Sequence record: DRR378314_1973
Strand: one strand, 5' to 3'
DNA: 52,911 bases
Shown: positions 52,243 through 52,911 of the stretch, piece after piece
Position numbering within the stretch: the first letter of the stretch is position 1
Layout: the number at the start of each line of letters is the position of its first letter
Made by a program: the position numbers and the translations under genes
Notes under the pieces: generated by a model
Database searches by the model: none
Told to the model about the DNA's origin: nothing
Seen by the model: the letters and a program-made list of their open reading frames with translations, nothing else

Positions 52243-52911
52243 AGCTTGACCTCAAAGTCTGTAATGCGTTGTTCAATAATGCCGCCACCTAAACAAACAT
52301 CATCGCTGTAGAATACCGCAGACTGTCCCGGAGTAACTGCTGCGACCGGTTCTTTAAATTGAACCTGAAAGTCACCGTTACTAAGCGGCGTAACCCGGCA
52401 GGGAATGTCCTGCTGGCGGTAGCGCGTTTTCACCGTGCAATCGAAGGCCTCCGATGGGGCGCTTCGACTAACCCAGTGCAGTTGTCCTGCAATAAGGCCT
52501 TGAGAGTATAGACGCGGATGTTTCTTTCCCTGCGCTACAATTAAAACGTTACGCTCGACATCTTTGTCGACAACATACCAGGGTTCGCCAGAATTATCGG
52601 CCATGCCACCTATATGCAGGCCTTTACGCTGACCCAGCGTGTGGTACATCAGGCCTTCGTGTTCGCCTAAGGCTTCACCTTCAACCGACTCAATGGGCCC
52701 GGGTTTAGCAGGCAGGTACTGCTGCAAAAAGTCCTTAAACTTGCGCTCGCCAATAAAGCAAATGCCGGTTGAGTCTTTTTTGTCGGCCGTTACCAGACCT
52801 TGTTCTTCAGCAATTCGACGAACTTCTGGTTTCTCCAGTTCTCCGACCGGGAACAGAGTTTGTGCAATGTGCTCGTGGCTCAAGGTATACAAAAAGTAGC
52901 TTTGATCTTTA
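52239..52911 (-). CDS. mnmA: tRNA 2-thiouridylase MnmA, C-terminal part (5' truncated by window edge)
   Basis: The frame stays open to the window edge ([10 protein letters not shown]). [32 protein letters not shown]. Confidence 0.96.
   Translation of the reverse strand, partial: KDQSYFLYTLSHEHIAQTLFPVGELEKPEVRRIAEEQGLVTADKKDSTGICFIGERKFKDFLQQYLPAKPGPIESVEGEALGEHEGLMYHTLGQRKGLHIGGMADNSGEPWYVVDKDVERNVLIVAQGKKHPRLYSQGLIAGQLHWVSRSAPSEAFDCTVKTRYRQQDIPCRVTPLSNGDFQVQFKEPVAAVTPGQSAVFYSDDVCLGGGIIEQRITDFEVKL

Overview
A 52.9-kb stretch of core chromosome from a gammaproteobacterium. Protein style and gene order suggest Alteromonadales, most like Idiomarina (inference). It is almost all housekeeping genes. 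In order: gyrA'-serC-hisC-aroA-cmk-rpsA-ihfB-lapA-lapB-pyrF-comEA; rne divergent from rluC-HAD-maf-yceD-rpmF-plsX-fabH-fabD-fabG-acpP-pabC-mltG-tmk-holB-(PilZ-like)-tatD; a stand-alone prpD; sppA-ansA-NSS transporter and ydjA; asnS; bioA and bioBFCD; htpX; class II DAHP synthase-DUF1338; ppsR and ppsA-ydiJ; leucine dehydrogenase; and roxA-purB-hflD-mnmA'. I see no mobile elements, prophage, CRISPR arrays, rRNA or tRNA, and no clear evidence of a wholly new system. The best leads are: (1) an unannotated ~120-nt structured RNA bounded by a promoter and a terminator between tatD and prpD; (2) a DUF1338/HglS-like enzyme close to YdiJ, suggesting a 2-oxoadipate to D-2-hydroxyglutarate to 2-oxoglutarate route next to ppsA; (3) a highly diverged PilZ-like gene whose ribosome-binding site is hidden in a hairpin; (4) gene-content differences from familiar genomes (no fabF, pheA or tyrA at their usual positions, class II DAHP synthase beside ppsR, no recognisable enolase-binding motif in RNase E). 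All calls come from motif recognition by eye; no searches were run.
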